64,000 bases of DNA from an uncultured delta proteobacterium (GCA_963776345.1 CAVZMH010000015.1:128001-192000); one strand, 5' to 3'. Positions 48,558 through 58,734 are shown, counted from the stretch's first letter. Numbers and translations are program-made. Notes: generated from the sequence alone by a model not told the origin.

Positions 48558-49784
48558 ATGGCCGAGCTGCCCCCGCTCCCCGCCCCGGAAGCCCAGGACC
48601 GGATCCTCCACGACCTCGTGCCGCTCCCGGAGGTGTGGGTGGCCCTCGAGGAGGCGCTCGGCTTCGGGCTGACCTCCGAGGTGCGCGCCCGCCGGACGCA
48701 GCCGCCCTGGGACAACTCGGCCATGGACGGCTACGCGGTGCGGAGCGCCGATGCGGGCCACACGCCGGTGACGCTGACCGTCGTCGGGGTGGTGCACGCG
48801 GGAGACCAGCCGACCCAGTCCGTCGGCGCTGGCGAGGCGGTCCGGATCATGACCGGCGCGCCGATGCCGCCCGGGGCGGACGCGGTCGTCATGCAGGAGC
48901 GCACCCGCGCCATCCCGGGCGAGGGGCTGGGCCGGGTCGAGCTCCAGGAGCCAGTCGCCGTGCGCCAGAACGTGCGCGACGCGGGCGAGGATGCGCGCGC
49001 GGGGGAGGTGCTGCTCCCGGCAGGCACGGTGCTCGGCATCCCGGAGCTGGCGCTGCTCTCGAGCCAGGGGATGACCTCGGTCCGCGTGCCCCGGCGGCCT
49101 CGGGTGGCCATCGTCGCGACGGGGGACGAGCTCTGCCGGCCCGACGAGGAGCCGGAGGGGCGGATCGTCGACACCAACTCGGTCGCGATCGCCCTCGCGG
49201 TGCGGCGCGCCGGCGGCATCGCGCAGGTCTTCGGCATCGCGCGCGACCGGCCCGAGGAGGTGGAGCAGCTGATCCGCCAGGGCCTCGACCACGACGTCGT
49301 CCTCACCTCGGCCGGCGCGTCGGTCGGCGAGCACGACCACGTGCGGCCCGCGCTCGAGCGGCTGGGCGTGGCGATGGACTTCTGGCGAGTCGCCATCCGT
49401 CCCGGCAAGCCCCTCGCGTTCGGCCGGCGCGGGGCGACGCGGGTCTTCGCCCTTCCCGGCAACCCGACCTCGTCCCTGGTGACCTTCGAGCTCTTCGTCC
49501 GGCCCGCCCTCCTCCGCCTCGTCGGACGTCAGGCCCCCCTCCCCGTCCCGGTGCAGGCCCGGAGTGGGGTGGACCTCAAGAAGAACAAGGGGTTGGCTCA
49601 CTTCATCCGGGTCGTTCTGAGCTGGCGAGACGGCGAGCCCTGGGCCGACCCGCTCCCGACCCAGACCTCAGGCGCGGTCCGCTCGGCGGTCTCGGCGACA
49701 CATCTGCTGCACTTTCCAATGGATGCGATGAGTGTCCGGCGGGGTGACCCCGTCGAACTGCTCCCAGTGGGGTGGGGACCCTAG
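48558..49784 (+). CDS. moeA: Molybdopterin molybdenumtransferase
   Basis: PPWDNSAMDGYA, RIMTGA..P.GADAVVMQE, TGDEL, SAGASVG..D, RPGKP, LPGNP.S. Confidence 0.95.
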   Translation: MAELPPLPAPEAQDRILHDLVPLPEVWVALEEALGFGLTSEVRARRTQPPWDNSAMDGYAVRSADAGHTPVTLTVVGVVHAGDQPTQSVGAGEAVRIMTGAPMPPGADAVVMQERTRAIPGEGLGRVELQEPVAVRQNVRDAGEDARAGEVLLPAGTVLGIPELALLSSQGMTSVRVPRRPRVAIVATGDELCRPDEEPEGRIVDTNSVAIALAVRRAGGIAQVFGIARDRPEEVEQLIRQGLDHDVVLTSAGASVGEHDHVRPALERLGVAMDFWRVAIRPGKPLAFGRRGATRVFALPGNPTSSLVTFELFVRPALLRLVGRQAPLPVPVQARSGVDLKKNKGLAHFIRVVLSWRDGEPWADPLPTQTSGAVRSAVSATHLLHFPMDAMSVRRGDPVELLPVGWGP

Positions 49785-49856
49785 CAACCATGGCCCCCGC
49801 CGAGCATCCAATGGCATAGAAACGGATCCAGTTCGGGAGTCGCGAGCACGTCGACC

Positions 49857-50513
49857 ATGTCCAAACTCTCTCCCCAGCCCCTGACCCGGCGCACCCACGT
49901 GGTGGAGCTGTACTCGGAAGCACCGCTCCCCACGGCCCGCGGGACCTTCCGCGTGGTGGTGTTCCGCGACCGACGCAACCAGAACGAGCACGTGGCGATG
50001 GTGATGGGCGAGGTGTTCGGCCAGGAGGGCGTGCCGGTCCGCGTTCACTCCGAGTGTCTGACCAGCGAGGTGCTGGGCAGCCTCAAGTGTGACTGCCGTC
50101 AACAGCTGGACCGCGCGCTCGATCTGGTATCGGCCCGCGGCCGCGGGCTGGTGCTCTACCTCCGCCAGGAGGGCCGGGGCATCGGCCTGGGCAACAAGAT
50201 CAAGGCCTATGCGCTCCAGGCGCGTGGGCTGGACACCTACGAGGCCAACCGCCAGCTCGGGTTCCCGGACGACCTCCGGACCTATGACGTGGCGGCGGAC
50301 ATGCTCCGCCTCCTCGGGGTCCGCAGTGTCGACCTGATCACCAACAATCCTCTGAAGATCGCTGGTCTGGTGGAGGAGGGAATCCCGGTCCGGGGTCGAA
50401 TCCCCTCCCCCGCTGCGCACAATCCGCATAACGTCGACTACTTGCGCACCAAGCGCGAGCGCACGGGACACCTGATTGAGCTCTTCGGGGAGGACGCGGC
50501 GAAAGCCGGCTGA
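49857..50513 (+). CDS. ribA: GTP cyclohydrolase II
   Basis: VRVHSECLT..VLGSLKCDC, YLRQEGRGIGL..K, DTYEAN, TNNP.K, YL.TK....GH. Confidence 0.96.
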   Translation: MSKLSPQPLTRRTHVVELYSEAPLPTARGTFRVVVFRDRRNQNEHVAMVMGEVFGQEGVPVRVHSECLTSEVLGSLKCDCRQQLDRALDLVSARGRGLVLYLRQEGRGIGLGNKIKAYALQARGLDTYEANRQLGFPDDLRTYDVAADMLRLLGVRSVDLITNNPLKIAGLVEEGIPVRGRIPSPAAHNPHNVDYLRTKRERTGHLIELFGEDAAKAG

Positions 50514-51354
50514 CGCACGCACCCCTGACCGGTTCGAGGTCACGTTCTGGGGCGTGCGCGGCTCGGTCCCCGCGCCTGGAGCGGCGACCAGCCGGTACGG
50601 CGGCAACACCCCCTGCGTCGAGGTCCGCGCCGGCGAGCGGCGGATCATCCTCGACGCCGGCTCGGGCATCCGGGCGCTCGGCGAGCGGCTCCGGGACGGG
50701 GGCGGCACGGTCGAGGCCGACGTGCTGCTCTCGCACTACCACTACGACCACCTGCAGGGCCTGCCGTTCTTCGCCCCGCTGGCGGAGACGAGAAACCGGT
50801 TCACCTTTCACGGCCCGCGGCGCGAGGGCCGCAGCGTGCAGGACGCGCTCGAGGGCCAGATGGTTCCCCCGTACTTCCCGGTGACGCTGGACCAGGTCGC
50901 CCGGGCCACGGTGGAGTTCCGGACCATCGAGCCCGGCGAGCCCTTCACCATCGGCCCGGTGCGGATCACCTCGGCGGAGCTGGACCACCCGGGCGGCAAT
51001 CTCGGCTACCGGCTCGAGTACGGCGGGCGCTCGCTGGTCTACGCGACGGACGTGGAGCACACCGACACGCCGGCCGAGGCGCTGGTCGAGCTCGCCCGCG
51101 GCGCGAACCTCCTGCTGCACGACGCGATGTACACCGGGCCCGAGTACGAGGCCCGCAGGGGCTGGGGCCACAGCACCTGGAACGGCGCGTTGGCGACGGC
51201 GAAGGCAGCGCGGGTGAAACGGCTGGTGCTCTTCCACCACGACCCGGAGCGCGACGATCGGGCACTCGACGCGCTGGCCTGGCGGGCCCGGAGCAGCTTC
51301 CCGCGCACAACCGCGGCGCGTGAGCGGCAGACCATCCGGATCCCCCTCAAGTGA
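50476..51354 (+). CDS. MBL-fold metallo-hydrolase
   Basis: FWGVRGS, YGGNT.C, DAGSG, SHYHYDH, HPGG, TDVEH, HDA, GWGHS, FHHDP. Start uncertain: the only in-frame start is a TTG overlapping the end of ribA. Confidence 0.88.
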   Translation: MSSSGRTRRKPADARTPDRFEVTFWGVRGSVPAPGAATSRYGGNTPCVEVRAGERRIILDAGSGIRALGERLRDGGGTVEADVLLSHYHYDHLQGLPFFAPLAETRNRFTFHGPRREGRSVQDALEGQMVPPYFPVTLDQVARATVEFRTIEPGEPFTIGPVRITSAELDHPGGNLGYRLEYGGRSLVYATDVEHTDTPAEALVELARGANLLLHDAMYTGPEYEARRGWGHSTWNGALATAKAARVKRLVLFHHDPERDDRALDALAWRARSSFPRTTAARERQTIRIPLK

Positions 51355-51429
51355 GCGGCGAGCTCGGACCCCTTTGCCGCTCGAGGACGGTTCGAGCTCA
51401 GCGCGACTGAGCCCGTCGGATCTGCTGCT

Positions 51430-52533
51430 TCAGCGCCACGCAGCGCTTCCGGCGTGCGCGATGGCCCGTCGAACGGCTCGGCGAAGTCCTCCGAAGGGCA
51501 GTCGCCGGGCGGCTTCCTCGGGCACGACCCACTCGACCGCATCGTGCTCGGGTCCGGAGCGGACCTCGAGTCCGGTGGGCCAATCCACCGCGAAGGCCTC
51601 CTCCTCGACCAGCGCCGGCGGAAGCGCGTCGCCGAACGCGAAGCTGTGCCGGTAGGAGAGCGAGCGCACCGGAAGCACCGCTCCCGTCTCCTCCTCCAGC
51701 TCACGCCGCGCGGACTCCTCGGCCGACTCGCCGGGCATGCGCCGGCCGGTCACCGGCTGCCAGAAGCCTCCCCGCTCGGGGATCCGGCGCAGGAGAAGAA
51801 CCTCCGGTCCGCCGGCGACCCGGCGCACGGCGGTGACCGAGATGGTGTGCATCCGCGCGTCCTCGAACTGGACGTCCGCCTCGAGCACCGCTCCGAACGC
51901 TCGCGCGAGCGACTCCTCGACCGCGGCGACGTCCACCGGGCGCCCGAGCTCGCGCTCCATCGAGGTCACGCCCGCCTCGCGGATGCCGCACGGGACGATG
52001 AGCTGGAAGTCCTCGAGCGCGGCGTTCACGTTCAGCGCGAAGCCGTGGGTGGTGATCCACCGCGCGATGTGCACGCCGACCGCGCCAATCTTCCGCGCGT
52101 CCCCGGCCGCCTCCGACCCGAGCCACACGCCCGGCCAGCGACCGATCCGGCCCGCCTCGATGCCGTGCTCGGCCAGGGCGCGGATCATCCCCTCCTCCAC
52201 GCTCCGCACGTGCCGCCGGACGTCCTTCCGGTCCGGGGCGAGGTCGAGGATGGGGTAGCCGACGATCTGCCCCGGGCCGTGGTAGGTCACCTCGCCGCCG
52301 CGGTCGGTCTCGTGGATCTCGACTCCGCGCACCTCCAGCACCTCCGGGCTCGCCAGCACGTCCGCCCGGCTCGCCCCGCGGCCGAGCGTCAGGACCGGAG
52401 GATGCTCGAGCAGGAGCAGCACGTCCCCGACCTTCCCCTCCTTGCGCGCGCGGGCGAAGAGCGCCTGGAGCTGGAGCCCGTCCTCGTACTCCACCCGGCC
52501 CAGCCGGTGGACGGTCAGCGTCCGGCCGCTCAT
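51430..52533 (-). CDS. lipB: Octanoyltransferase LipB fused to a C-terminal Nudix domain
   Basis: EHPPVLTLGR, RGGEVTYHGPGQ, KIGAVG, HGFALN, PCG; then GFWQPVTG-RRMPG-E-SAEESAR-RELEEETG (intact Nudix box). Confidence 0.92.
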   Translation of the reverse strand: MSGRTLTVHRLGRVEYEDGLQLQALFARARKEGKVGDVLLLLEHPPVLTLGRGASRADVLASPEVLEVRGVEIHETDRGGEVTYHGPGQIVGYPILDLAPDRKDVRRHVRSVEEGMIRALAEHGIEAGRIGRWPGVWLGSEAAGDARKIGAVGVHIARWITTHGFALNVNAALEDFQLIVPCGIREAGVTSMERELGRPVDVAAVEESLARAFGAVLEADVQFEDARMHTISVTAVRRVAGGPEVLLLRRIPERGGFWQPVTGRRMPGESAEESARRELEEETGAVLPVRSLSYRHSFAFGDALPPALVEEEAFAVDWPTGLEVRSGPEHDAVEWVVPEEAARRLPFGGLRRAVRRAIAHAGSAAWR

Positions 52534-53684
52534 CGCGACGCCCACCAGCGGAGCAGGAGCGCGTGCAGCGCGTGGGCCGCGCGCGCCGAGCGCACCGCCA
52601 GACGGAGCGCCTCCTCCAGCGCATCGGCCGGCGCGGGAGAGCCGTCCGGCGCTCGCCAGCGCTCGGCGAGCAGCCGCAGCTCGTCCCCACCGGGCGCGCG
52701 GAAGCACTCCAGCGTGAGCCCGTCGAGCACCGGCCCGGGAAGCCAGCTGCCGGCGAGGGACTCGACCTGCTCCGGAGCGTGCACCCGCCTCCCGCCGACC
52801 TCCTGCTCCGGTTCCGGCAACGTGGCGTCCAGCGCCAGCACCACCGCCCGGCTGCGCAGCATCCGCGCCAGCTGCCTCCGCGCCGCGGGCTCGAGCCGGT
52901 CCACGTCGTCGACCAGGACCGCCCCGGACTCGGGCAGCGGCTCCGTGCCGTCCCAGGCCGTTCCCAGCCCGCGCGAGGCCCAGGTCTGGAGCCAGGTGCT
53001 CTTCCCGCTTCCCGCCGCGCCCACCAGCAGCACCCGCGCATGCCCGGCGGCCAGCGCCGCCTCGATGCGCGTCACCGCCTCGAGCTGCGTCGGCAGCACC
53101 GCGGGTCCGGCCTCCGCAGCCCGGGCCCGCGCCGCCGGAGGCTCGCCCGGGTCCCCCGCGCCCGCGCGCCTCTTTCTCCGCCGAGACCGGAGTCGTCGAG
53201 GAGGTCCGGGGCGAGGCTCGACACCCACCGGCGGCGATCCGCTCGCCGGAGCCCCGGGCAGCAGCGACGCCGCGAGCTCCACGCAGGCCCGGCACACGTA
53301 GGCATGCGCCGGCCCGGCCACCAGCGCCCCCACCTCGCGCGACGGGCGGCAGCAGAAGCTGCACCAGGCCTCGAGCGCCGGGTCGGCCAGCGTCGGGGTG
53401 CGCTCGACGAGCGGGCGGTCCGCTCCTGGCAGCGTGTCGAGCTCGGCCAGCTCCGAGCGGCCGTTCACGGCGTGTCTCCCCGCGGGAGGCTCCTCCACCC
53501 CGCGCGCACCCGCCCGCGCCGCCAGGCCCAGCCGGTCCACGTGACGCCGCATCTGCGCCGCACGCGTCGTCTGTCCCGTCGCCTCGTACAGACGCGCCGC
53601 CTGCTCCAGCAGCGCGCCGGCCCGGGCGAGGTCTCCTTCTCGCTCCGCCGCCTGCGCCGACTGCAGCAGCTCCCGCGGGTTCAC
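52530..53684 (-). CDS. ClpX-type zinc finger + degenerate P-loop domain protein
   Basis: WCSFCCRP...LVAGPAHAYVCRACV; GAAGSGKST; VLVDDVD; 4-nt overlaps with both neighbours. Confidence 0.72.
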   Translation of the reverse strand: MNPRELLQSAQAAEREGDLARAGALLEQAARLYEATGQTTRAAQMRRHVDRLGLAARAGARGVEEPPAGRHAVNGRSELAELDTLPGADRPLVERTPTLADPALEAWCSFCCRPSREVGALVAGPAHAYVCRACVELAASLLPGAPASGSPPVGVEPRPGPPRRLRSRRRKRRAGAGDPGEPPAARARAAEAGPAVLPTQLEAVTRIEAALAAGHARVLLVGAAGSGKSTWLQTWASRGLGTAWDGTEPLPESGAVLVDDVDRLEPAARRQLARMLRSRAVVLALDATLPEPEQEVGGRRVHAPEQVESLAGSWLPGPVLDGLTLECFRAPGGDELRLLAERWRAPDGSPAPADALEEALRLAVRSARAAHALHALLLRWWASR

Positions 53685-54919
53685 GCCATCTCGAGCAGGA
53701 GCGAATCGGGCTGCTCGAGCAGCTGCACCAGCGCTCCGGTCGCCTCTGCCGCCACCAGCCCGTCGATCACCCGGTGGTCGAAGGACAGAGCGACGTTCAT
53801 CATCTCGCGGACGACGATCTGGTCGTCGTCGGTCACCACCGGCCGCTTGCGGATCCGGTGCAGCCCGAGGATCGCCACCTCGGGGTAGTTGATGATCGGC
53901 AGGGCGAAGAGCCCGCCGTTGGTGCCGAGCGAGGTGATGGTGAACGTGCCCCCGCTCAGCTCGTCCATCTTCAGCTTCTTCTCCCGGGCGGCCGCCGCGA
54001 GCCGGGAGATCTCCTCGGCCAGCTGCCGCACCGTGAGCCGGTCAACGTCCTTCACCACCGGGACGGTGAGCCCCTCGTCGGTCGCCGCGGCGATCCCGAA
54101 GTTGAACGCCCCGCGCTGCACCAGCTCCTGCGCCGCGTCGTCGAAGTTGGCGTTCAACGCCGGGTACCTCCGGAACACCGCGACCAGCGCCTTGCAGACG
54201 AAGGGAAGGAAGCTGACCTTGAGGCCGTCGCCGGACTCGGCGAGCGATGCATTCAGTCGCTTGCGGAGCGAGACCAGCTCGGTCATGTCCAGCTCTTCCA
54301 CGAACAGCGAGTGCGGGGCGGTGAACTTGCTCCGCACCATCTTCTCCGCGATCTTCTTCCGCAGCCCGCGGATGGGGATTCGCTGATCGGCGCCCGCCGA
54401 GGGCAGCGGGACCAGCTTCGCCCGGGGCGGCTGCACCGGTTCGGGCGCCCGACCGATGTCCAGCGCCGCCTGCACGTCCACCTTGAGCACCCTGCCCTGC
54501 GGCCCGGTCCCGGAGATCGCCGCCAGGTCCAGCCCGTGCTCGCGGGCCATCCGGCGGGTCACCGGCGTGGCGAGGACCTTGCCGGTGGACTCGACGGCGC
54601 GGGCGGCGGGAGCGGCGCTCGAGGCGGCCGGAGCGGAGCTCGCCGCGTGCGCAGGCGCCGCGGCGGCGGGGGCAGAGCCGGACACCTCCATGGTCAGGAG
54701 GAGGTGGTGCACCTTGGCGATCTCCCCCTCCTTGCCGTGCAGGGAGACGACCTTCCCCGCGCGGGGGGCCGGGACGGTGACTGTCGCCTTGTCGGTCATC
54801 AGCTCGACGACGCCCTGGTCCTCCTCGACCGGGTCACCGGGCTTCACCAGCCATTTGACGATCTCACCCTCGACGACGCCTTCCCCGAGATCCGGAAGCT
54901 TGAACTCGAACGTGGCCAC
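53681..54919 (-). CDS. 2-oxoacid dehydrogenase E2 (dihydrolipoamide acyltransferase)
   Basis: Lipoyl domain LPDLGEG...TDKA; E3-binding ATPVTRRMARE..GTGPQGRV; catalytic FDHRVIDG. Confidence 0.95.
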   Translation of the reverse strand: MATFEFKLPDLGEGVVEGEIVKWLVKPGDPVEEDQGVVELMTDKATVTVPAPRAGKVVSLHGKEGEIAKVHHLLLTMEVSGSAPAAAAPAHAASSAPAASSAAPAARAVESTGKVLATPVTRRMAREHGLDLAAISGTGPQGRVLKVDVQAALDIGRAPEPVQPPRAKLVPLPSAGADQRIPIRGLRKKIAEKMVRSKFTAPHSLFVEELDMTELVSLRKRLNASLAESGDGLKVSFLPFVCKALVAVFRRYPALNANFDDAAQELVQRGAFNFGIAAATDEGLTVPVVKDVDRLTVRQLAEEISRLAAAAREKKLKMDELSGGTFTITSLGTNGGLFALPIINYPEVAILGLHRIRKRPVVTDDDQIVVREMMNVALSFDHRVIDGLVAAEATGALVQLLEQPDSLLLEMA

Positions 54920-54943
54920 GGCGTTGTCAACTCCTCGCAGGGC

Positions 54944-55864
54944 TCAGGCGTGCCGGCCCCGCTCCATGAGACCCTTCATGAAGAACTCGGCCGCGCGGTA
55001 GCTGCTGCGGACCAGGGGACCCGAGGCGACGTACAGGAAACCCATCTCCTCCGCCACCTGCCGGTACCGGGCGAAGTCCGCCGGTGGAACGAAGCGCGCC
55101 ACCCGGAGGTGGAACTGCGACGGCTGGAGGTACTGGCCCAGCGTCAGCACGTCGACCCCCGCCTCGCGCAGGTCCCCGAACGTCTGGAACAGCTCCTGGT
55201 CGGTCTCGCCCAGCCCGACCATGATCGAGCTCTTGGTGTAGAGCCGCTCCGGCCGGTCCTTGAGATAGCGCAGAACGCGCAGGCTCTGGCGGTAGCCGGC
55301 GCGCCGGTCGCGGACGGTGGGCGTGAGCCGCTCCACGGTCTCGATGTTGTGCGCGATGACGTGCGGGCGCGCCTCGGCGACGGTGGCCAGGTCCCGCTCC
55401 ACGCCCTTGAAGTCCGGGATGAGCACCTCGACCGTGGTCTTCGGGCTCTCGCGGCGGAGCGCGGTGATGGCCGCCGCGAAGTGGCTCGCCCCGCCGTCCG
55501 GCCGGTCGTCGCGGTTGACGCTGGTCACCACGATGTACTCGAGCGAGAGCGCGCGGACGGCCGACGCTAGATTTTCGGGCTCCTGCCGGTCGAGCGGCGG
55601 CGGCGCGCCCACCTTCACGTGACAGAACCGGCAGGCCCGGGTGCAGACCTCGCCCATCAGCATGACGGTCGCGGTGCCCCCACCCCAGCACTCGGCGATG
55701 TTGGGGCAGCGCGCCTCCTCGCAGACCGTGGCCAGGCCCGTCTTCCGGACGATCTGCTTGACCCGCTCGTACTCCTCCCCGTGCGGCATCCGCACCTTCA
55801 GCCACTCGGGCTTCCGGGTGCTCTCGGCGAGCTGTGGCAGCGCGAAGCGGTCGGGCGTGGCCAT
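54944..55864 (-). CDS. lipA: Lipoyl synthase
   Basis: KPEWLK, CEEARCPNIAECW, CTRACRFC, GQYLQPS, LVRSSY. Confidence 0.97.
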   Translation of the reverse strand: MATPDRFALPQLAESTRKPEWLKVRMPHGEEYERVKQIVRKTGLATVCEEARCPNIAECWGGGTATVMLMGEVCTRACRFCHVKVGAPPPLDRQEPENLASAVRALSLEYIVVTSVNRDDRPDGGASHFAAAITALRRESPKTTVEVLIPDFKGVERDLATVAEARPHVIAHNIETVERLTPTVRDRRAGYRQSLRVLRYLKDRPERLYTKSSIMVGLGETDQELFQTFGDLREAGVDVLTLGQYLQPSQFHLRVARFVPPADFARYRQVAEEMGFLYVASGPLVRSSYRAAEFFMKGLMERGRHA

Positions 55865-55920
55865 GGAGACCGTCCCCGGATTAACGGCCGGGCCGGGTGG
55901 GGGTCAAGAAACCACCTCCG

Positions 55921-57321
55921 TCAGACGTGGATCGGCGTCCCGAGGGTCATCTCCGCCCCCTCCTTCATGATCTCCGAGAGGGTCGGGTGGGCATGCATGG
56001 TCCGGCCCAACTCCTCGGTGGTGGTCTCCAGCCGGAGCGCGATGCAGGCCTCGGCCAGGAGCTCGGTGGCGTGCGGGCCGACCATGTGGACCCCGAGGAC
56101 CTCGTCGTACTTCTTCTCGCTCACCATCTTGATCATCCCGAAGCCCTCCTCGGAGATCTTGGCCTTGGTGATGGCGCTGAAGGGGAAGATGCCGATCTTC
56201 ACGTCGTAGCCGCGCTCGCGGGCCTTCTTCTCGCTCAGGCCCACCGTGGCCACCTCGGGGTAGCAGTAGGTCGCGGACGGGGTGAGGTCGTAGTTGATGG
56301 GGTGCACTTCCTTCCCGGCGATGTGCTCCACCGCCAGGACGCCCTCGGCCGAGGCCACGTGCGCCAGCATCGGCCCGGGGATGACGTCGCCGATGGCGTA
56401 AACGTTGGGCTCGGTGGTCCGCATGAAGTCGTCCACCGGGATGAAGCCCTTGTCCAGCTTGATGCTGGTCTTCTCCAGGCCCACGTCCTCGGTGACCGGC
56501 GCCCGGCCCACCGCGGAGAGGAGGATCTGCGCCTCGATGGTCTTCGGACCGGACGGCGTCTGCATCGTCACCTTCACGCCCTTGCCGCCCGGCTCGACCT
56601 TCTCCACCCGGGCGGAGAGCTCGAGGCCGATCTTTCGCCGCTTGAACGCCTTCTCCAGCTCCTTGCTCGCGTCCTCGTCCTCGATCGGGAGGAGGTGGGG
56701 CATGTACTCGACCAGCGTGGTCTCGCTGCCCACGTGGTTGAAGATCGAGGCGAACTCGCAGCCCACCGCGCCCGCGCCGAGGACGATGATGCTCTTGGGG
56801 ATCTCGGCGAGCTCGAGGATGGAGTCGGAGTTGTAGACCAGCTTGTGGTCCACCTTGACGCTGGGGAGGGACTTGGGGACCGACCCGGTGGCGATGACGA
56901 TGTTCTTCGTCTCCAGCACCTGCTTGCCGCCGCCCTCGTTGAGGGTGACCTCCACCTTGCCCTTCCCGACGATCCGGCCCTGGCCCTTCACCACCTGGAC
57001 CTTGTTCTTCTTCATCAGGAACTCGACGCCGTTGGCGCCGCTGGTGACGACCTTGGTCTTGTGCTTCATCGCCTCGGTCCAGTTGATGACCGGCGACTTG
57101 AGGTCGATGCCGAACTTGCTCGCCTCCTGGATGTGCGCCCACAGCTCGGCGGTCCAGAGCAGCGCCTTGGTGGGGATGCACCCGCGGTGAAGGCAGGTGC
57201 CACCCAGCCGCTTGTCCCGCTCGACGATGGCCGTCTTCAGGCCCAGCTGCCCGGCGCGGATCGCGGCCACGTACCCCCCGGGTCCCGAGCCGATGATCAC
57301 CACGTCCAGAATGTCAGCCAC
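55921..57321 (-). CDS. lpdA: Dihydrolipoamide dehydrogenase E3
   Basis: GSGPGGY, GGTCLHRGCIPTK, GAGAVGCE, AIGD, HAHPTLSE. Confidence 0.97.
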   Translation of the reverse strand: MADILDVVIIGSGPGGYVAAIRAGQLGLKTAIVERDKRLGGTCLHRGCIPTKALLWTAELWAHIQEASKFGIDLKSPVINWTEAMKHKTKVVTSGANGVEFLMKKNKVQVVKGQGRIVGKGKVEVTLNEGGGKQVLETKNIVIATGSVPKSLPSVKVDHKLVYNSDSILELAEIPKSIIVLGAGAVGCEFASIFNHVGSETTLVEYMPHLLPIEDEDASKELEKAFKRRKIGLELSARVEKVEPGGKGVKVTMQTPSGPKTIEAQILLSAVGRAPVTEDVGLEKTSIKLDKGFIPVDDFMRTTEPNVYAIGDVIPGPMLAHVASAEGVLAVEHIAGKEVHPINYDLTPSATYCYPEVATVGLSEKKARERGYDVKIGIFPFSAITKAKISEEGFGMIKMVSEKKYDEVLGVHMVGPHATELLAEACIALRLETTTEELGRTMHAHPTLSEIMKEGAEMTLGTPIHV

Positions 57322-57400
57322 GGTGGTCCATCCTCCTTGCACCCGATGGGTGCGCGGCGGCATTAACCCTCCGTTTCCACCCGATCAAGCACAGACCGTC

Positions 57401-57631
57401 ATGGCGCCGATGCGGCCACTGCTCACTACCCCCACCACGCGATCCGGCGGCCCTCGCCGCTTCCCGCTCCGCACGCTGTTATTGATGGTGCTGGCCCTGG
57501 TGGCCTTCGCCCGGCTGTGGTGGATCACCCACCGGAGCCGGCCCGCTCCCCCGGCGGTGACCACTCCCCGGCAGCCGCACGCCCCCATTCCCGTCCGTCC
57601 CCTACCGCTACCGCCCGCGGAGCCGCGCTGA
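57401..57631 (+). CDS. Small single-TM hypothetical protein
   Basis: RRFPLRTLLLMVLALVAFARLWW then a Pro-rich tail; TGATG overlap with thiO. Confidence 0.55.
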   Translation: MAPMRPLLTTPTTRSGGPRRFPLRTLLLMVLALVAFARLWWITHRSRPAPPAVTTPRQPHAPIPVRPLPLPPAEPR

Positions 57632-58734
57632 TGGAAGCGCTGATCGTCGGCGCGGGCGTCGTCGGGTGCGCGGTCGCCTGGAGGCTCCAGCAGGCCGGCG
57701 TCCGGTGCACGGTGCTGGAGCGGAGCATCCCCGGCGCCGAGGCCTCCAGCGCCGCCGGAGGCATCCTCGCCCCGCAGGCGGAGGCCGACGGGCCGGGGGC
57801 CTTCCTGGACCTGTGCCTGGCGAGCCGCGCGCTCTACCCGGACTTCGCCCGCGAGCTCCGGGACGCCAGCGACGTCGACGTCGGCTTCCGCCCCTGTGGC
57901 GTCCTCGAGGTCACCTTCGACGACGCAGGCACCGCCGCCATGCAGCGGCGGATCGAGTGGCAGCGCGCGCGAGGACTCGAGGCGGAGTGGCTGGAGGGGG
58001 GCGCGGCGCGTGCGCTCGAGCCCGAGCTCTCGCCCGAGGCCCACGGCTCGGCGCGCTTTCCCGGCGACGCGGTGGTGGACAACCGGCTCCTGGTCTCGGC
58101 GCTCACCATCGCCGCGGCGCGCGCCGGCTCGCGCTTCGTCACCACCCAGGTGCACGGCCTCGTCGAGCGCGGCGGCCGCGTGGCGGGCGTCTCCACGGAC
58201 CAGGGCGAGCTCCGGGGCGACGCGGTGGTGGTGGCCGCCGGAGCGTGGACCGCGCTGGTCCCGGGCGCGCTCGCCTCTCCCGTGGCGGTACGGCCGGCGC
58301 GCGGTCAGATGGTGATGGTGCGCACCCGGGTGCCGTTCTGCCGACATGTGGTGTTCGGGGCGCACGGGTACGTGGTGCCGCGCGTCGACGGGCGTCTCCT
58401 CCTGGGAAGCACCCTCGAATTCTCCGGCTTCGAGAAGCAGGTCACGGTGGCAGGCCTGTCCTCGGTTCTGGGTGTGGGACTGCGACTGTTTCCGGGGCTT
58501 GCCGGGGCACCCGTGGTAGAAACGTGGGCCGGGTTCCGGCCGCATACGCCGGATGGGTTGCCAGTGCTGGGGCCGGCGCCGCTGCCGGGCCTGTTCCTCG
58601 CCAGCGGACATTTCCGTAACGGCATTCTCCTGACGCCGATCACCGCCACCGTGCTCACCGAGACGATCCTGGGAAGACCGCTCTCCATCGATCTGACCCC
58701 GTTCCGGGTCGACCGGAAGGCGCTTACACTGTGA
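57631..58734 (+). CDS. thiO: Glycine oxidase ThiO
   Basis: GAGVVG, ASSAAGGILAP, AAGAW, RGQM, YVVPR, WAGFRP, GHFRNGILL.P. Confidence 0.9.
   Translation: MEALIVGAGVVGCAVAWRLQQAGVRCTVLERSIPGAEASSAAGGILAPQAEADGPGAFLDLCLASRALYPDFARELRDASDVDVGFRPCGVLEVTFDDAGTAAMQRRIEWQRARGLEAEWLEGGAARALEPELSPEAHGSARFPGDAVVDNRLLVSALTIAAARAGSRFVTTQVHGLVERGGRVAGVSTDQGELRGDAVVVAAGAWTALVPGALASPVAVRPARGQMVMVRTRVPFCRHVVFGAHGYVVPRVDGRLLLGSTLEFSGFEKQVTVAGLSSVLGVGLRLFPGLAGAPVVETWAGFRPHTPDGLPVLGPAPLPGLFLASGHFRNGILLTPITATVLTETILGRPLSIDLTPFRVDRKALTL

Noticed and set aside
53681..57321. Missing E1 subunits as evidence of a novel dehydrogenase
   Set aside because: E1 genes are commonly encoded at separate loci; this cannot be judged from one window.
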